DNA of 64,000 nt, from the NCBI GenBank assembly GCA_028534125.1, contig CM052829.1, positions 1,116,001 to 1,180,000 of the forward strand, given 5' to 3'. Under the pieces are notes generated by a model. The model was not told where the DNA came from and ran no database searches. It was given only the letters and a program-made list of their open reading frames with translations. The stretch is from Lama glama. Its lineage: Eukaryota. This document shows, piece by piece, positions 23,041 through 37,174 of this stretch. A program made the position numbers and the translations under genes. Numbering within the stretch: the first letter of the stretch is position 1; the number at the start of each line of letters is the position of its first letter.

Positions 23041-24904
23041 AGTCAGGTGCCAGGGCGTGGGGCGTTCAGAGCTACTAGGAGATGGCATCAATTCTGTCAC
23101 TCAAAGAATCTGCTCTGTGTGGCCCCGGGGGTCAAGGGGGTGGCCGGGTCCAAGCCTGGGAGCTCAGCGGTGGGCCCCCGTGGCCCTCCCCCTACCCGTG
23201 GTGGGCCTGGCCAGAGGTGACATTCTGGCCAAGTGGAGTGAGGGGAGGTCCACTGAGGGTCCACGGGGAAGGCTTTCCTTGCCGTCAAAAAAGCCAAATC
23301 ATGTTGTCATGGCTGCGTGAGCTTCTGGTGCCAGGAGAGGAATGGGGCGCGGAGTGAGCTGGTGATGAGAGAGACAGGGCAGGGAGAAGGAAGTAGCTCA
23401 TTAAAACCACCCCCTCAACTGCTGAGAGATGCGAACGCTTCTCCAGGGACCCTGGGAGTTGGTCACCTGGAGGCTGGGTGGGTGTGGGGACCGTGGTGGC
23501 CGCAATGGACGGCAGTCCTGCGGGTCAACATGCTGTTTCCCCAACATCCCCAAACAGGACTGGACCCCGACGTCAGCGTTTCTGTCCCCAAACCCAGCAT
23601 GGAGCCCGGACAGGACCCCTTCTCTGCTCGCCCTGCATGCCTCTCAGTCCTGACAGCATCAGGGTGCGGACAGTCAGCCTCGGTGAAGAAAGAGCAGGGG
23701 AGAGAGACGCACGCGGGGGTCTGGGGGCCTCCCCCCGGGTCTGATTTAATGCCCTTTCTTGAAACTCGGGGAGGAGGGGTCACTTCGTCCCATCGGGAAA
23801 ATGAGACCCCGGGACTCTGCTCCCTGGCAGGAACACCCAGAAGGTCTGGGCAGAATGGAATCAGGGCGGGGGAGGGAGGAGGGCGTCCTCTGTTTCTTGT
23901 CCGGTTGTAATACAGAAACGCTCACAAGCTCTGCAGGGTCGATGCGGTGCGCTCGGCCTCATCCCTTCAGAGCCAGCGAGGAGTCGGGGTCTGACAGCCC
24001 AGGATGCACCTCGCCGGCCCTGAGACCGAGCCTGCGGGACGCCCCAACCGTCCTAGAAGCGGGCTCTGGGGGAGCCTGTGGCCCCCACTCCCAGAGCGGG
24101 GCCCCCTAAACCAGCCAGACGGGGCTCCGGGTGTGCTGGACTTCAGGTGGAAACGCCAGCTGGCTTCCTGTCCTCCGGCTCCCGAATCCACCTGGGTGTG
24201 TCTCTCCCTTCTGTGCGCGTCATGGTCGCACTTGAGAAACTGGGTAAAACCTAGAACGCATCACAGTGCTTGCGCCCAGGTGAAACCAGTGCCTCGATCT
24301 GATCACCCTTGAGAGAGAACATTTTCCTATATTGGTAAACGGTTTTTACACAAATTTATGAAAAACCAAAGGGCAACTCATGTAACAAAGAGCCGCAAAA
24401 CCATCCTCACTCGCGTTCACTCGACTTCCAGGAATGGACGGCAGGTGCTCCCCTGGGGCTGCCCTGAGACCGCGTGCTTTGCTGGAACTCACACAAAACG
24501 CGAGTGAGCAGGGAGGCTCGTGTTTCAGGCCCTTGAAGGCCTGCTGCTCCTCCTGACTCCGGGCTGTCCTCCTTTTTAAGTGGTGATTTCAGGACACACA
24601 CAGCTTTGACTGTGAACAGAGAGCCATTCTGGGCGACCGGTTCTTGTGGAATGTGGGCCTCCCTTTGCCAAAACTGGGGTCAAGAGAAGCTGCTGTTGGC
24701 ATGGGACACATTCCGAGCGTCACCCCACTATCAGCTCCTGGTGATGTCAGGGACTCGGTGCCCCCAGCTCCCCGGCCACTGCCCTCAAGACCACAGGCAC
24801 CCCACCCAGAGCAGTGGGGTGAGGCCTGGGCGCAGGGATGCCGAGGGGCTCTGCCTTTCTGGGTTTCACCACACCTCTCCCGGCCCCACTGAGAGCGGCT
24901 TTAC

Positions 24905-25091
24905 CTGGTGGACGTGCCGGGGATGGGGCGTCCAGTGTCCACCAGGACGCACCAGCAGTAGCCGGTGGAGGGGTGGCACTGCACCGGCTTGTAGAGGCCA
25001 CCGTGGGCACACTCGGGGATGACCACATTGTCATTCTTCGGCTGCCTGGCCTCCTCCAAGGCCGACTGCTGCTCCTGGTCACACGAGGATG
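24905..25091 (-). CDS. SMOC2: SMOC2 coding exon (exon 8, 187 nt, phase 1-2): most of thyroglobulin type-1 domain 2
   Basis: Acceptor ttctccccgcag|CA TCC TCG TGT and donor ACC AG|gtaaa. Peptide ASSCDQEQQSALEEARQPKNDNVVIPECAHGGLYKPVQCHPSTGYCWCVLVDTGRPIPGTSTR carries the QC...CWCV thyroglobulin signature. Confidence 0.97.
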
Positions 25092-25802
25092 CTGCGGGGA
25101 GAAGGAGACAAGGGTGAGCCCATGGCTGAGACCAGTCCACACAGAGCCTGGGCAGGGACGGGACATAGGGAGGGCCCCCCAGGAGGGGAAGGGCAGGAGG
25201 GCTCTCGCGGATCAGAGTGACGGTCACTGTGGACATGTCCACAAGTGGATCTGATGCCCTGTGGACTGAGGAGGCCACAGGTGGGACCCAGACCCCAGGA
25301 ACAGCCACAGTCCTCTGCTCTGGGTCCCAAGTTGGGGTCGCAGTCAGCAGATACGGGGTCTAGTCCCACTGAGCCCTGCTGGGCCCTCTGGCCACAGCCC
25401 CGACCTGCTGTCCATCAACCACACGCCCTCATCAGAGTCTGGGGAGCACAGCCACCCTCCCGCCTTCACCTCCCCCAGGTCTGGTGAAGTTAAGTGTGGA
25501 AGCGACCAGCTCCAGACGTCTCCGCTGCAGTGTTTCTGAAACAGGCTGTGTGCCTGGAAATCACTCGAGAAGAGGACCTCTTACTGAGAGCCGCGTCCAG
25601 GCGGGGAGCTATGTGAGTTCTCAACTCATTCCCACGACGACAAAATAGTCACTTCGAAAAATTCCAGCACCCAGTATTTCAATGTCTGAAGGCTTCTGTC
25701 TGTTTATGTTAATAAACTCAGTCTCTTTTTTGTGTTTAGACACGATCTAACAGATCCATCTTCCGCCCTGAATGGACTGAGGATGCCTTAGAATGTGTGG
25801 GT

Positions 25803-25862
25803 TTAGACAGACACACGCACTTATACACACCCAGACACAGACACGCAGACAGACAGACAGAC
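25803..25862 (+). repeat. Degenerate (CA)/(CAGA)n microsatellite
   Basis: agacagacacacgcacttatacacacccagacacagacacgcagacagacagacagac. Confidence 0.7.
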
Positions 25863-27963
25863 GTGCGGGGCTCCTTCCTGGGCGAGCTCTAGGAGATGGC
25901 AGGCGGCTAACTGCTGAAACGCCAGGTGAAAAAGCTGCCCTAGACTCCTCTGGGAAAGCAGAACAGAGACGCAGACGAACGTTAGCTGAGGACACGAGGC
26001 ACATCAGCCCCCGGTGGCTTCTGCCTTTCAGTTAAATGTTTGCACAACTTTTGACAGCAGGGAGGTCACACACAGCAAGGTGACCCCATCCGGGATTTCA
26101 AGTGCAAAGTCGGCTGGTGCAGAAATGGACCCTGGGCGTCGATGCGCTGACCCCCAAGTCCCGCTCGCGGGCACCCACGGCCTCGGGCCACATGTGACTC
26201 CCACCACCCGACTCACGTCGATTTAAATCTGAAGCCACCCTGGGGTGTCGCACGCCTCAGCCTCATCTCTCAGGAAGCACGGCTCTGACCTCGGAGCAGA
26301 GGAAGCTGGCACCTGCACGAAGCCTCACAAGTGAGTCCGCTCTACACAGTGATCCGCAGATGCTAGTGAATTTGAGTCAAATAAAATAAACTGTGCAGAA
26401 CACTTTACGCTTCACTAGACATCCACGTGAGGCTTCAAGTACCATCCGGAAAACACTCGGCGGAGAGTATTCCGAACGTTCCTGCTCTAAATCCTTCCAG
26501 CCTAAACGCATGCCATTAAAAATTCACACCAGCAAGTTAAATCTCCTCCCCACTCGTGCTAAAAAATCCCAAATGCGGGCGCTAGCGTTTGGTTCGTCCT
26601 TGACTTGGCATGGGGTCTCTCTGGGCGTGGCCTCCGACCCTCGGCTCAGAGTCACCTTGAAGGAACACCCCACTCACCCTGGGACCAGGAGGCTCGGGGG
26701 TCGAGCTTCCACCCGCCAGTCCACGGAGCCCTGAGTCTCGGGGACGGAAGGGCCAGCGGCAGGACCAGGCCGCCCTCTCGCCCCCGGAGGCGCTGCGGGG
26801 GCTCAGCCCGGTGGTCGGGGGGCAGACCCCGGCTGAGACACAGCTGCCCTTGACCCCACACGTTCCAGAGCAGGCCCTCCCTCACCTGAGCTGTCTTTGG
26901 GGTCAAAAAATCACATTCTTTCACCTTCACATTTCTCCTTAAAAAGGAAAAGAAAACAACAAATACATTGGGCGAATCTATTTTAAGTAAAATCTTTGGA
27001 GCGATTTTCTGCTTAGAAAGTACTTTTGTTTGGAAACTAACTACAGTTTACAGGGGTTTTATGACTAAACGTGGCACCAAACAGGTGGGACGACCGGGGA
27101 GCTGGGAAGGCGTGTGCCTCTGGGTCGCGGCTGCCAGGCCAGAGGCGAGATGCCACTCGGAGCAGGACGCCCGGCTCAGGGGCCGACGCGGGTGGTGTGG
27201 CAAAGACTGAAGGAGGCCCGGTGGGCGGTGCGGCCCAGGGACCCTGCTTTGTGAACTCGACTTCCAGGTTCATTGTTTCTCCAGCACTAAAGAAACGCCT
27301 GGAACGTAACAGGCACTCAGTACATTTGTTTTGCAACAGTAACTCGTGCCTGTGACATTAAGAGCTGGAAAACCACCTGGATTTTACTTCTCTGGTAACT
27401 CCATTTGCAACGTGAGGATAATCAACCCGCTTAATGACGTGACCGGCCGTCTACGGGCCGCATCGCCAGCCGCCGCTCTCGGCTCTCGGCGGGCCGGGAG
27501 TGGCCGCCCCGCACACACGCGGGAAGAGCGCAGAAGGAAGCCAGCCCGCGGCTCCCCGCTCCTGCAGGAGGCGCTCACTCCCCTCTGCGGCCCCCAGGCC
27601 AGCCTCGGCCTCCTAAGACGGACGTGGAAGGTGGAGCCGCCCCGCCCTGTGCCCCGATCGACCTTTGGTAGGATCGTTCGAATCTGACCGTCACGCCGCT
27701 TTGTGTAATGACAGAGAGGGGGGAGCGGTGGCCCCTGGGCCCAGGCTTGCACCCCTGTCCCAGGCAGTGCCCGGCTCCTGCCACAGCGACGGCGGACCGC
27801 CAGGTGCGGCCCCAGCAGGTCCCCTCTCCGACGTCATGTGGTCCGTGAGCCTCTGGATCCAGGAGCCCACGCAGGACTCCGAGCTGTCTGAATGGCCGTC
27901 CGCTCTCAGAGGCAAGCACGTAATTCCAAGAACTTCCCTGTGGCTTGAATTATCCAGAAGTAG

Positions 27964-28016
27964 ATTTCTGGTTTTTGGTGGGTTTTTTTTCTTTTTTTTT
28001 CCTTTTTTTTTTTTTG
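27964..28016 (+). repeat. T-rich low-complexity tract
   Basis: Interrupted poly-T run. Confidence 0.75.
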
Positions 28017-31000
28017 GTCTGTAAGTTAAGCACGTTAAATGGCCAAGTTACGATTCTACAGGCGTCCAGCGTCAAGATGGGGCATTTGGTTTCCATCAGT
28101 GGCGAGTATGCTCTGGGAACGTGGGCGGGGCGGCGCTCCGGGAGTCACGGGACAAGCGCGGAGGGGGTTCTAGCCCAAATCCACCCCAATACACGGAACA
28201 GTTAACGGCCGCTGCACTGTTAGAACGGCCACACTCAACTTCGGGAAAATTTCGCACCGACTGTCCCCCGCCGGCTGTGCATTGCTTTACACTCTACCTT
28301 CAGTCGGCAAAGAGAGAGGCAAATAAACCCACTCCTCATGCATCTTAAAGAGGCATCTGCTCCAACTGCAACATGGAAACCGGCATGGCACAAAATGACA
28401 GGGACGCCTCTCTCTCTCTGAAGGGACAAACACGCCACCGTAGGTCACGGGAAGACACGGAGGGGGGAGGGGGCGGAGCTCCAGCCAGCCCCGGCTGTTT
28501 GAAAGCCCCCAGGCCGCGCGTCTGTTCCCACCCAGGTCCCAGACACAGGGGGACCGGCCGCAGCCCTCCTGCAAAGCACACTGCTCCCTTGCCTGTTCTC
28601 TTGGCCCCTTTTCAGCTTTGTTAGTGAACAGAATTTATGGTGTGACTGTCTGGGCACAAAATGCTTCACGCTCGCTCCAAGGACATACTGTAGCTACAGA
28701 AATGGGTCTGGAAAATTCTCGAAATGTCCCTTCTGAGGGTTTTACGTCATGTTTGAAAGCTCATCATAAGCAAAGTAGGATCGATTAAGTCCACCCACCC
28801 TTAACATTTGCTTGGAGGGCTGTAAAATGCGGAAGCGTCATTGCCAAGCAGGAAGAAATTCCGTGGTTTGTTTATATAAACATCCTGGCTGAAGTGAGAA
28901 CTGCTAACTCACACGATTGTATTTGGTAAACCTGGCCCCATGTGGGACATCCAGTTTCTCTTCTTGGAAAAATGCAGTTACATTTGACAGTAAGTAAGGG
29001 CCACTCTGAAGGAAGCAGATCTCCTTTAGACAAACTCACAATGGCACCGAGAATAGACAAAGGGCCGTCTGATGTGTCCCTCTGAAGGTCACCCTCCCTC
29101 CAGAGACAGCCCAGCTCCCGGAAGAGACCACCCATTTCTGCCCCATCCCTGGGGCCCTCGGGGTCAAGGAAAGAGGTGACTCCTGGAGCGGGAACCTCCC
29201 CGGCAGAGACGCCCCGGGCTCTGTGGAGGACGTCCATCACACCTGTAAACGGAGAAGAGCAGTGAGCGAAGGACATGAGCTGGCCGATGTCCCCACGACA
29301 CTGGATGCGTCCCATCACCGAGACGCAGGCAAGCGGGGCTCCAGGACGAAGCCCAGGGAGACAAGTCTCAACCACATTTTAGAAAAATGTCACTGAGGTC
29401 TCGTGATGCGGTAGAAAAGGGTGCAGGGAAAGGGGCTTTTCAATGAAAGTAAAAGCATGGAGGACCCGAGCAACAACGGTGGGGCCAGGAAAGCAGGAGG
29501 AGGGGACCAGAGAGGGACTGGGGAAGGCCAGGGCACGGCCGGCTGAGGGCCAGGCAAGCGTGGCTGGGAGCAGAGACACCTGCGGCCGGCGGACCCAGTA
29601 GGGTCACACAGGGGAGCGAAGGCAGAGCTGCACAATCGTCATCTTAGCAAAGCTGGTTTTGACTCTGTGCCAAAAGAGCATTCATCGATGGACGAAAAGG
29701 AAAGTTTGGGATTCTGGAAAGAATTCAGCAGGAAAATAGAGCAACTGATGTTCGCAAAACTCACATGAAAAATGTCCACTTTAATAGATGAAAATGTTTC
29801 TGTTTTCTTTCCTATTCAGGAGGGTTTTAACTACATAGTTTGTGTTGAGGAGTTAACGTGAGAAGGAAGGAGGACTGAAAAAGACGAGCGAGTGGAGGGC
29901 TTGTGCTGTGAGCGGCCGGGACCGGGACAGGAGAGCTGTGTGGGAATGAGCCACTGAGTTTCTCCAAGAAAACCACCCAGAGAATCTCCGCTTGGAAATA
30001 CACTGTGGGAAAAGGAGAAGCTGGGAGATTATTGAGAACTGGTGATTGGGTTGAATACAGACTTTTCTCCTAGTGGAAGAGGACTGAACATAGCTTGAGA
30101 TGAAAGGAAAGAGAAAAGCCTTTGCCATAAATGAGGTTCCTATGTCTGGAGAAGCGGGAAAGGGACGGACAACTCCTGGGCCGTCATCACAGACGGGGCG
30201 GCTACGTGAGGCGGCGTCTCTCGGAGGAGAAAGGCAAGTTCCGGGCCAGGAGTCAGACGCTGGGCTGTTCCCTGTCCGTGGATCACCAGTGTGACGACTC
30301 TACGAGGCTCTCATCTCAGACTCAGTGTCCTCTTCCCTGCCTGGCCCCCTGCCGCGCAGGCTCACTGGGCGAACGAAATAGCGCACACAAAGCCGCAGGG
30401 CCCTCGGCGAGTTCAAAGGATGATCCCCACTGAGCAGAAGTGTAACCTGACCCGTTAGGCACAGAAAGGTCCGACAGAGAAAAACCAGTCACAACCCTGA
30501 AGAGTTCTTCACGGACATTCAGCATCACGAACGCGGATTCCCCTAAGGCCACACAGCCAGCCCCGGGAGGGGAGACGGCAGCGTCTTCTATAACCTGCAG
30601 GTTCGCTGACGCTCAGCCTTACGCTGCGCTGTCCTCATCACCCGGCCCATCGAGCCGAGAGACGACCAAGGCTCGCGTGACAGACGAGGAGGAACTTAGG
30701 TCAGGATTCCAGCTGCAAGTTCTCTGTTTCGGGGTCTGGCGGTCGAGGTGTCTGGTCAGTTTCTCACAATTACACGTGTGACTTGTGCCGCCAAACCTCA
30801 AAACTCCTTGCAGAAGAGCAGCCCCCCACTCAGTGTGTTAACCCCTCGTCCCCCGGCCACGGCTTGACCGCAGCCTGGACGGCTCCCCGCCTCGGCCTGC
30901 CCAGTCCGCCTGCTGGCGCCGCGCCCACCGGGAACGCGCTGACGCCCGACGTAGCTGCGGTGGCTGCGCTGTGCTTTCTTCCTCGGCCAGTCCTCTGCAG

Positions 31001-32484
31001 GCTTTCCTAGGCCCAAGCTCTCGCCCCACGACCTGGTGGAGACTTGTGGCTCGGAGACCCCAGAGCTGTGAGCGACCTCTGACAAGTGACCCGCACCTGG
31101 GAGGCAGTCTGCCTCTGTGTTTTTCCGTTAACGTGTTAGACTACAAACATGAGTGCAGTTCCAGCCTGCTCCGTCCACGTCGCGTGCCACAGTCATGCAA
31201 CGACTCCGTGTTTCTAGAAAGTTACCCCTGGAGACTCGTAGCGTGTCCGTTAGAATATTGGCCTGCTTCCCACACTAGCAGAGCTGGGCGACTTACAAGG
31301 TGCCTGACAGTTTGTTCAAATAATCTGACAACCAGAGTGTCCGCCGGACATTTAGGAACTTGAAGGGGAAGGCCCTTGCGCGGTGACCTCACTGAACGGA
31401 AGACACTTGATTTTAGTGTGATGACACCAGGGGCAGTTTACAGGCAGCAGCAGTGAACCACGTCCGTTCTCAGACGACGGACTTCAGACGGGGCCGTGCT
31501 TCGGGAGGACGCAGGCTACGCCCGCCAGCTTTGCGGCCAGCCCTCCTTCTGGAGGACTTCCCACCGACGGTTAGGGCAGTGCTGTTCTCTTTCCGACAGC
31601 AATGAAATCTTGAGAAGCTCTTTCAAAAAACGAAAATGCTCACAACTGTCTGCGTGCCCATCCCCACACCCCCGGCTGTGGATACAGCACTCAGGGCCCT
31701 ACTCGCTCCCTCGTGGGCCCCGCCCTTGGGGGCCCCCGCACCGTCTGCGAGGACTGCCCCCGAGCCCTGCGCGCGTGCTCCCCGCTGCAGCGGACAGTGG
31801 CGCCACGCCGTTACCTGCTAAGACACCCTGTGTCCCTCCTCACATAGTCTGCTCTGCGAACAGTCTTCTCTCCCGGATAGACCCTGTTTTTAAAGACGTG
31901 TGGAACATTGCGATTTCCCAGGAGCCACCCCTTACAAACTGCCCAGAAATTACTGCAGGTGTGGACAGCATGCCCTGACGTGCGCACAACGCTGGACCAT
32001 CACACACACGGCCACTCACGCCTAACTCACCGCTTTCTGTTTATTCTCATCTCGCTGTTCATTTCCAGGCTGAGTCACAAAGAAGCAACTCAGCAAATTT
32101 AGTTTTCAAAGTCAAAGCGTTTTGATGGAATCCTCTGGTAAACATGGCGGACGGCGTGGTGTGCAACGGGCACGGCGAGCCCAGGCTCAGGCCAGCCCCC
32201 CTCCACCCCGGCTTCAGGGAGGCCTTGGAAATGGGGAAACCGTTTGCCAAACAGACTCACCCCGGCTCACTGCCCCTGAGGTGGGCAAGGCAAGTGTGTT
32301 GAGAGAGAAGGACAGTGTCTTGCAAATTTGAAGGGCAACATAAAATACTAGAAAAGATACTCGCAACAGCATGCCTTAGAAGCACATGCTCTCAGTGACA
32401 GTCACACTGTTTGGTTCTGGACGAAGAAAAATTAGGTTCATTTTTTTTATTAAGGTGAGCTACTGCGTTAATTAAGTGGCCAAG

Positions 32485-34265
32485 CTCTCAGAAAACTAGG
32501 GTTGAAGGAAGCCTTCTCTATCTGCTAAAAATGTATTTACATGAAATCTGCGGTTCCCCCCGTGCTCACTGATACAAGACTGAGTGCCTCCACCCTAAGG
32601 CTGGAAAGAACCTCGCGCCTTCCACACGCCGGTACGCCGGAGGTCCCGGAGAGCGCCAAACAGGCAAGAGAAAGAACGGTGTGAGACTGGAAAGAAAACT
32701 GCAGACTGTCTTTAATTACACACGACAGGAGTCTGCACGTGAAAGGAACTGAAGCATCTACAGAAAAAAAGTGCTAGGAATCATAAGCAAATGCAGCAAG
32801 GGCTCGAGATAGTCAGTATGCGAACCACCTGAACTCCTACGGACCAGCAGTGACGACCGGAGGACAACAGTTTTAAATGGCGTTCACAGTGACATCAAAA
32901 CCACACAACACCTAGGGGTGCATTTATGAAAGGACGTGCAGGATGTGGAAACCTGAAAGGCATTACTGAGAAAAACTGAAGGGACTCTACCGAAGCAGAG
33001 AGGGATAAACTAACGTCATGAAGTTAATTCTCCCCAAGTTCACCTACCGATTCAAAATAATTCCTATCAAAATCCCAGGAGGCTTCTTTGTAGAAATCGA
33101 CATTTTAGTTCTAAAATTACGTGGAAATACGAAAGACCTAAAATATCCAAATCATTCTTCCAAGACAACGAAGTTGGTGGACTACTGTCACGTTACTTGA
33201 AAATAATTATAAAGCTGCTTATTGAGACAGTATGTTGTTGGGATGAGGGTAGTTAAATAGATCGATGGGAAAGAATAAACAGTTCATAAACAGACACAAA
33301 AACACATGCTCAGTTGGTATTTAACAAGGCGCCCACACAAGTCGGTGGAAGGGACCATCTTCTCGCCGATGATTCCAGAACAGTGGGCTCGCTGCGTGCA
33401 ATTCTTAAAGCCTTCCTCAAACTGTACACACACCTTTGAAATGAACTAAGAGACCTAAACAAAAGCTAGAGGTATGAAGCCTGGGAAGAAAATACAGTGG
33501 ACTACCTCTGTGACGTCGGCTTAGAGAAGGATTTTTAGGGCAGACACAGGTAGTCCTAGTCACAAAAGAAACTTTGGCAAATGGGACACTACCGATACAT
33601 TTTAAAACTCACATGTGCCGAGAGACATCGTGAGGGAAGCGAAAAGACAAGCCCAGAGGCAGAGAAGGCGTCCCTGAGGCGCATGCCCGACAGAGATGCA
33701 GGCTGTGTCAGCAGCCCAGCAGCCCCACGCAAGAGACAGTGATCTACATGAATGGGCCAAAGAGGGGGGCAGACAACTCAGAACGAAGGGCGTACGACTG
33801 AACAACACGCACGCGAGAGAACCACTGGGCCTCCCTGTCACCAGGGAAATGCAGCTGTACCCCAGGAGATGTCGCAGGCCGGTGGGAGGGGCCCTGCTGA
33901 GACACGCTCAGGCGCCGGTGACGCTGGAACCTGGGGCTCGCCGGTGTTCCTCACACGACTGTAAGATCCACCTGGAAGCGTTTACCCCAGAGTAATTAAG
34001 ACACGTCCACAAAACCCCGGGGGCAGACTGCACCTGGCAGCCTTACGTATAACAGCCTCAGCCCGGAAACAACTAAATACCCAGGAGCTGGGAGACGCAC
34101 AGGTGGGGTACAGACATACAATACAGCATCGTGCACACAGAGTCATTGCATAACAAGTGTGGCCGACAGGGCGGATCCTGAAGCCATTCTAATGAGTAGG
34201 AAAGGCAGAAACCAGGAGTCATTCCATTTAGACAAAACTCTAGCCTGGGGAAAATTAAGGTGAGT
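32485..34265 (+). mobile_element. Old LINE-1 (L1M-type) ORF2/3' region, fragmented
   Basis: ORF 33018..33200 MKLILPKFTYRFKIIPIKIPGGFFVEIDILVLKL matches the L1 ORF2p motif ILPKxIYRFNAIPIKIPxxFF. Collinear L1 motifs continue to ~34260. Confidence 0.8.
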
Positions 34266-35929
34266 GGTGCAGATCCGAGCAGCGGTGCCCCCCGAGAAGA
34301 CCCCGCCGGGGAGCAGCTGGGAGAGCGTCCCTGAGGCGCGGCTGCCCGTCCCGGGAAGGCGCACCGCCCGCGGACACGCGTGCCAGAGCCCGCCTCAGCG
34401 TGTGCCAAGGGTCCCAGAGGACAAACCAATGCCCAGGTGCCTCCTGCTGGGAATAAAACAGGAGCCCCAGGATATGAGAAAGTCTCAGCCACATCGTACT
34501 GGGCAGTGTTTTCTGTTCCCGTGGTGAGTCTGAGGACGGAGAGTAACAGACTCGGCGAGGAAGCCAGTACAGGCGACAGTCTGCCCTCAGCTCCCACGGC
34601 CCGGCGCCCAGCAGATGCTCAGGGGTCTCTTCCTGCTTGTCCAGCGAGACATGCGACCCACCGAACAAGCAATCCCACCACGACCTGTGATGCACGCAGA
34701 CGGGACGGGAGCCTGACTGGCCACGCTCGACTTCACGCCCCTCAGGCCAGCGCCGCCCACGAAGAGGGTCTCAGGCCTCCGAGTCCTGACCTAAGGGGGA
34801 AAGGAGGTTTTTGCCACAGTGTGAGTGACACCATGGAACATCCCACGTGGCGTTTGTAGGTCCACGTCCCCCAAGCGAGCCTGCCTCCCAGGAGCACCTA
34901 ACCTGCGGGCAGTGTTCACGTCCCCAAGTCTGTCACAGACCCAGCCTGGCATGTCCGTCTGTGCCCTCTCTCTGCTCGCCCCGTCCTGCGTACTGCCCTC
35001 GCCTCCTGCCTGGACGTCCTCGGCTGGCCTCACGCCCTGTTGCGTCGGCAGGCCTGCTGCATCACCGAGGCCTGCGTGGACTAGTGTGTTTGCCTTCGAT
35101 GGCCTCTGCCAAGTCCAATTACAGTGGCAGCCGCAACCCGGAGGGCTCGGAAATCGACTGGTTCCATAACTGGCACTCACACCCACCATGACAGTGCCTC
35201 GGCAGGGCCCTCAATCCCTCCCACTGAGGGTAATCACACCCTGAGCCCCACAAGTAAATGGTGCCATGTGGGCCCAAGCCTTCCTCTCTCCCAGTCACCA
35301 GGGTTTGTGCGGCTCTCCCCACACTAGCAGTGTCTCCCCTATTCCATGACGCTGGGCTCAGACATGGGAACGTCCTGGCTCGGGGGGTGTCTGTAAGTGT
35401 GACGCAAGCTGGGGCGTGCAGTCTGCAGGTGTTTGGACCACTCTCTTGTGCCTTAGGTATTGCTAGGAGACATCCCCCAGTCTTCTCACTCGAGCCAGGA
35501 GGATGAGAGGTGCATGGAGCCGATCCAGGCCCACGAGCAAGGTGGAGCCTCCCAGCAGAACCCTGCCAAGCTCAGTAGATGCCTGAGAAGTGAACGCTTG
35601 TCTCTGATCACTACTGACAACCTGGGGCTATTTGTTATGAAGCGGTCACTGTCAGATACAACAGTCATTTGGGTGTAAGCTTCCAGGAGCAAAACTACAT
35701 CTTCTATTTTCTTTGCATCTCCTTACAGTATTTTCAGAAATCCCTCCCAAAACATCCCTGGTTACAGCACCAAGCACCTAGCTTCTCCTGGGGCAGTTTG
35801 CCCCATGCCCTCATTAGCACGTGAACCTTGCCCTTCACGTGCACGTTCACCTGTGCTCAGCAAACACTGCACGAGGGGGCTGGCTTCGCACAAGGAAGCT
35901 GGGCTGCAGAGGGACAGTCCATGGTGGGT

Positions 35930-36060
35930 GGACTGCAGGACAGCGGGGGCCAGATCGGGGGCTCTGGAGCCTGCAAAGGAACTTCCACAAGCAGTGGAGA
36001 GCCTCGTAAGGGTTTTTAAGAGCACCTGGATCATATCTGTGCTTTAAAGGTCCTGGTGGT
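35930..36060 (-). mobile_element. L2 fragment
   Basis: ggggccagatc...gcagtggagagcctcgtaagggtttttaagagc...tgctttaaagg resembles antisense L2. Confidence 0.5.
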
Positions 36061-36659
36061 AAGCTTTCAGACCCAGGACCGGTTCAAGGCTGTCTTCAGT
36101 ACTTACAAGGGATAATGAGGGCTTAATCTGAGGCCACCAGACACTCGAGATATGCAGTGACCAGCCCTGCGGACGTCAGTGAACCCACATGAAATGGACA
36201 GGTAACTCAGCGGTGACTGCCCGGTGCCAAATTAAAGGTGTGACCACTGTTTCTGTGGGTCCCGGGCCCCCAGTCACCCCTGGAGCCCCCAGGTGTGCAC
36301 GTCATGAACCTTGTCAGTACCCTGTACCTCCTTCTGCTTGTTTTAAAACATTTTAAAAATATTATCAGGATTCATAAAACGAAGCGTTTTTCCTGCAGAC
36401 ACACCGCTGCTCTGTGGTCAGACGTTCCCTCACTGGCGGCTGCTAAGCGCTCGCCGGCTCCGTAGAGCGCAGCGGCGGGTGAAGCGCCGTGAGGCGCACA
36501 GAGGACCTCACGTGTAAGAATGTTCCAGGGTAAAACAATAAACAGTCTGTCAAGTAGGACCCGCTTGTAAGAAGCATGTGGGTTTCACACACACACAGCA
36601 GGGGCCGGAGACTGGTCAGTACAACGCACGGTCAGCAGCCACTTGGGACCACACGCCTT

Positions 36660-36820
36660 TCACGGGTTAACGCACTTAATCACGCGTTACTTCTGTGAGG
36701 TGGGGTCACTGCTGTCTTTTCACAAAGCCGGTGACTGAGCCCGAGAAGACAAACCCCGTGCGCAGGCGAGGCCGTCAGGGACGTGAGCGCAGGGCCACCT
36801 GCCCCAGAGTCCTGCTCCGG
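36660..36820 (-). mobile_element. MIR fragment
   Basis: ttaacgcacttaatcacgc...tgtgaggtgggg...ttttcacaaagccggtgactgagcccgagaag resembles the antisense MIR core. Confidence 0.5.
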
Positions 36821-37174
36821 CATCTCAGAGCCGGAGACTTCACTTCTACACACATCGTCTTCGTCGCTCACGGAACTGGCGGTGGGTTTCTCCCTAACTG
36901 CACAGCACAGACGGTCAAAGAAGAGAAAACACAGAACGAAGAGCTGCCCCCTTAGAATCGGATTTTGTGGAAATGGCAGCGGGTGGGGAGGCCCTTGAGA
37001 CGCACAGATTTACGGGGGTGTAATTATTCACGTGTTCACTTCCTGCGAGAAATCGAAGTGGGACCGATGGTGCCACGACTTTGCCCATAAGCAACACATG
37101 TTTATGACTGATTAACTCCAAGGAAGGTTTTTGAATTAGCTTCTTAATCGGGGATTGTTGCCGTAGTTTTCAAG

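Noticed and set aside
35817-35842. Inverted repeat gcacgtgaa-N8-ttcacgtgc as an RNA hairpin
   Set aside because: A 9-bp stem built mostly from the self-palindromic CACGTG; too short to support a miRNA or structured RNA.
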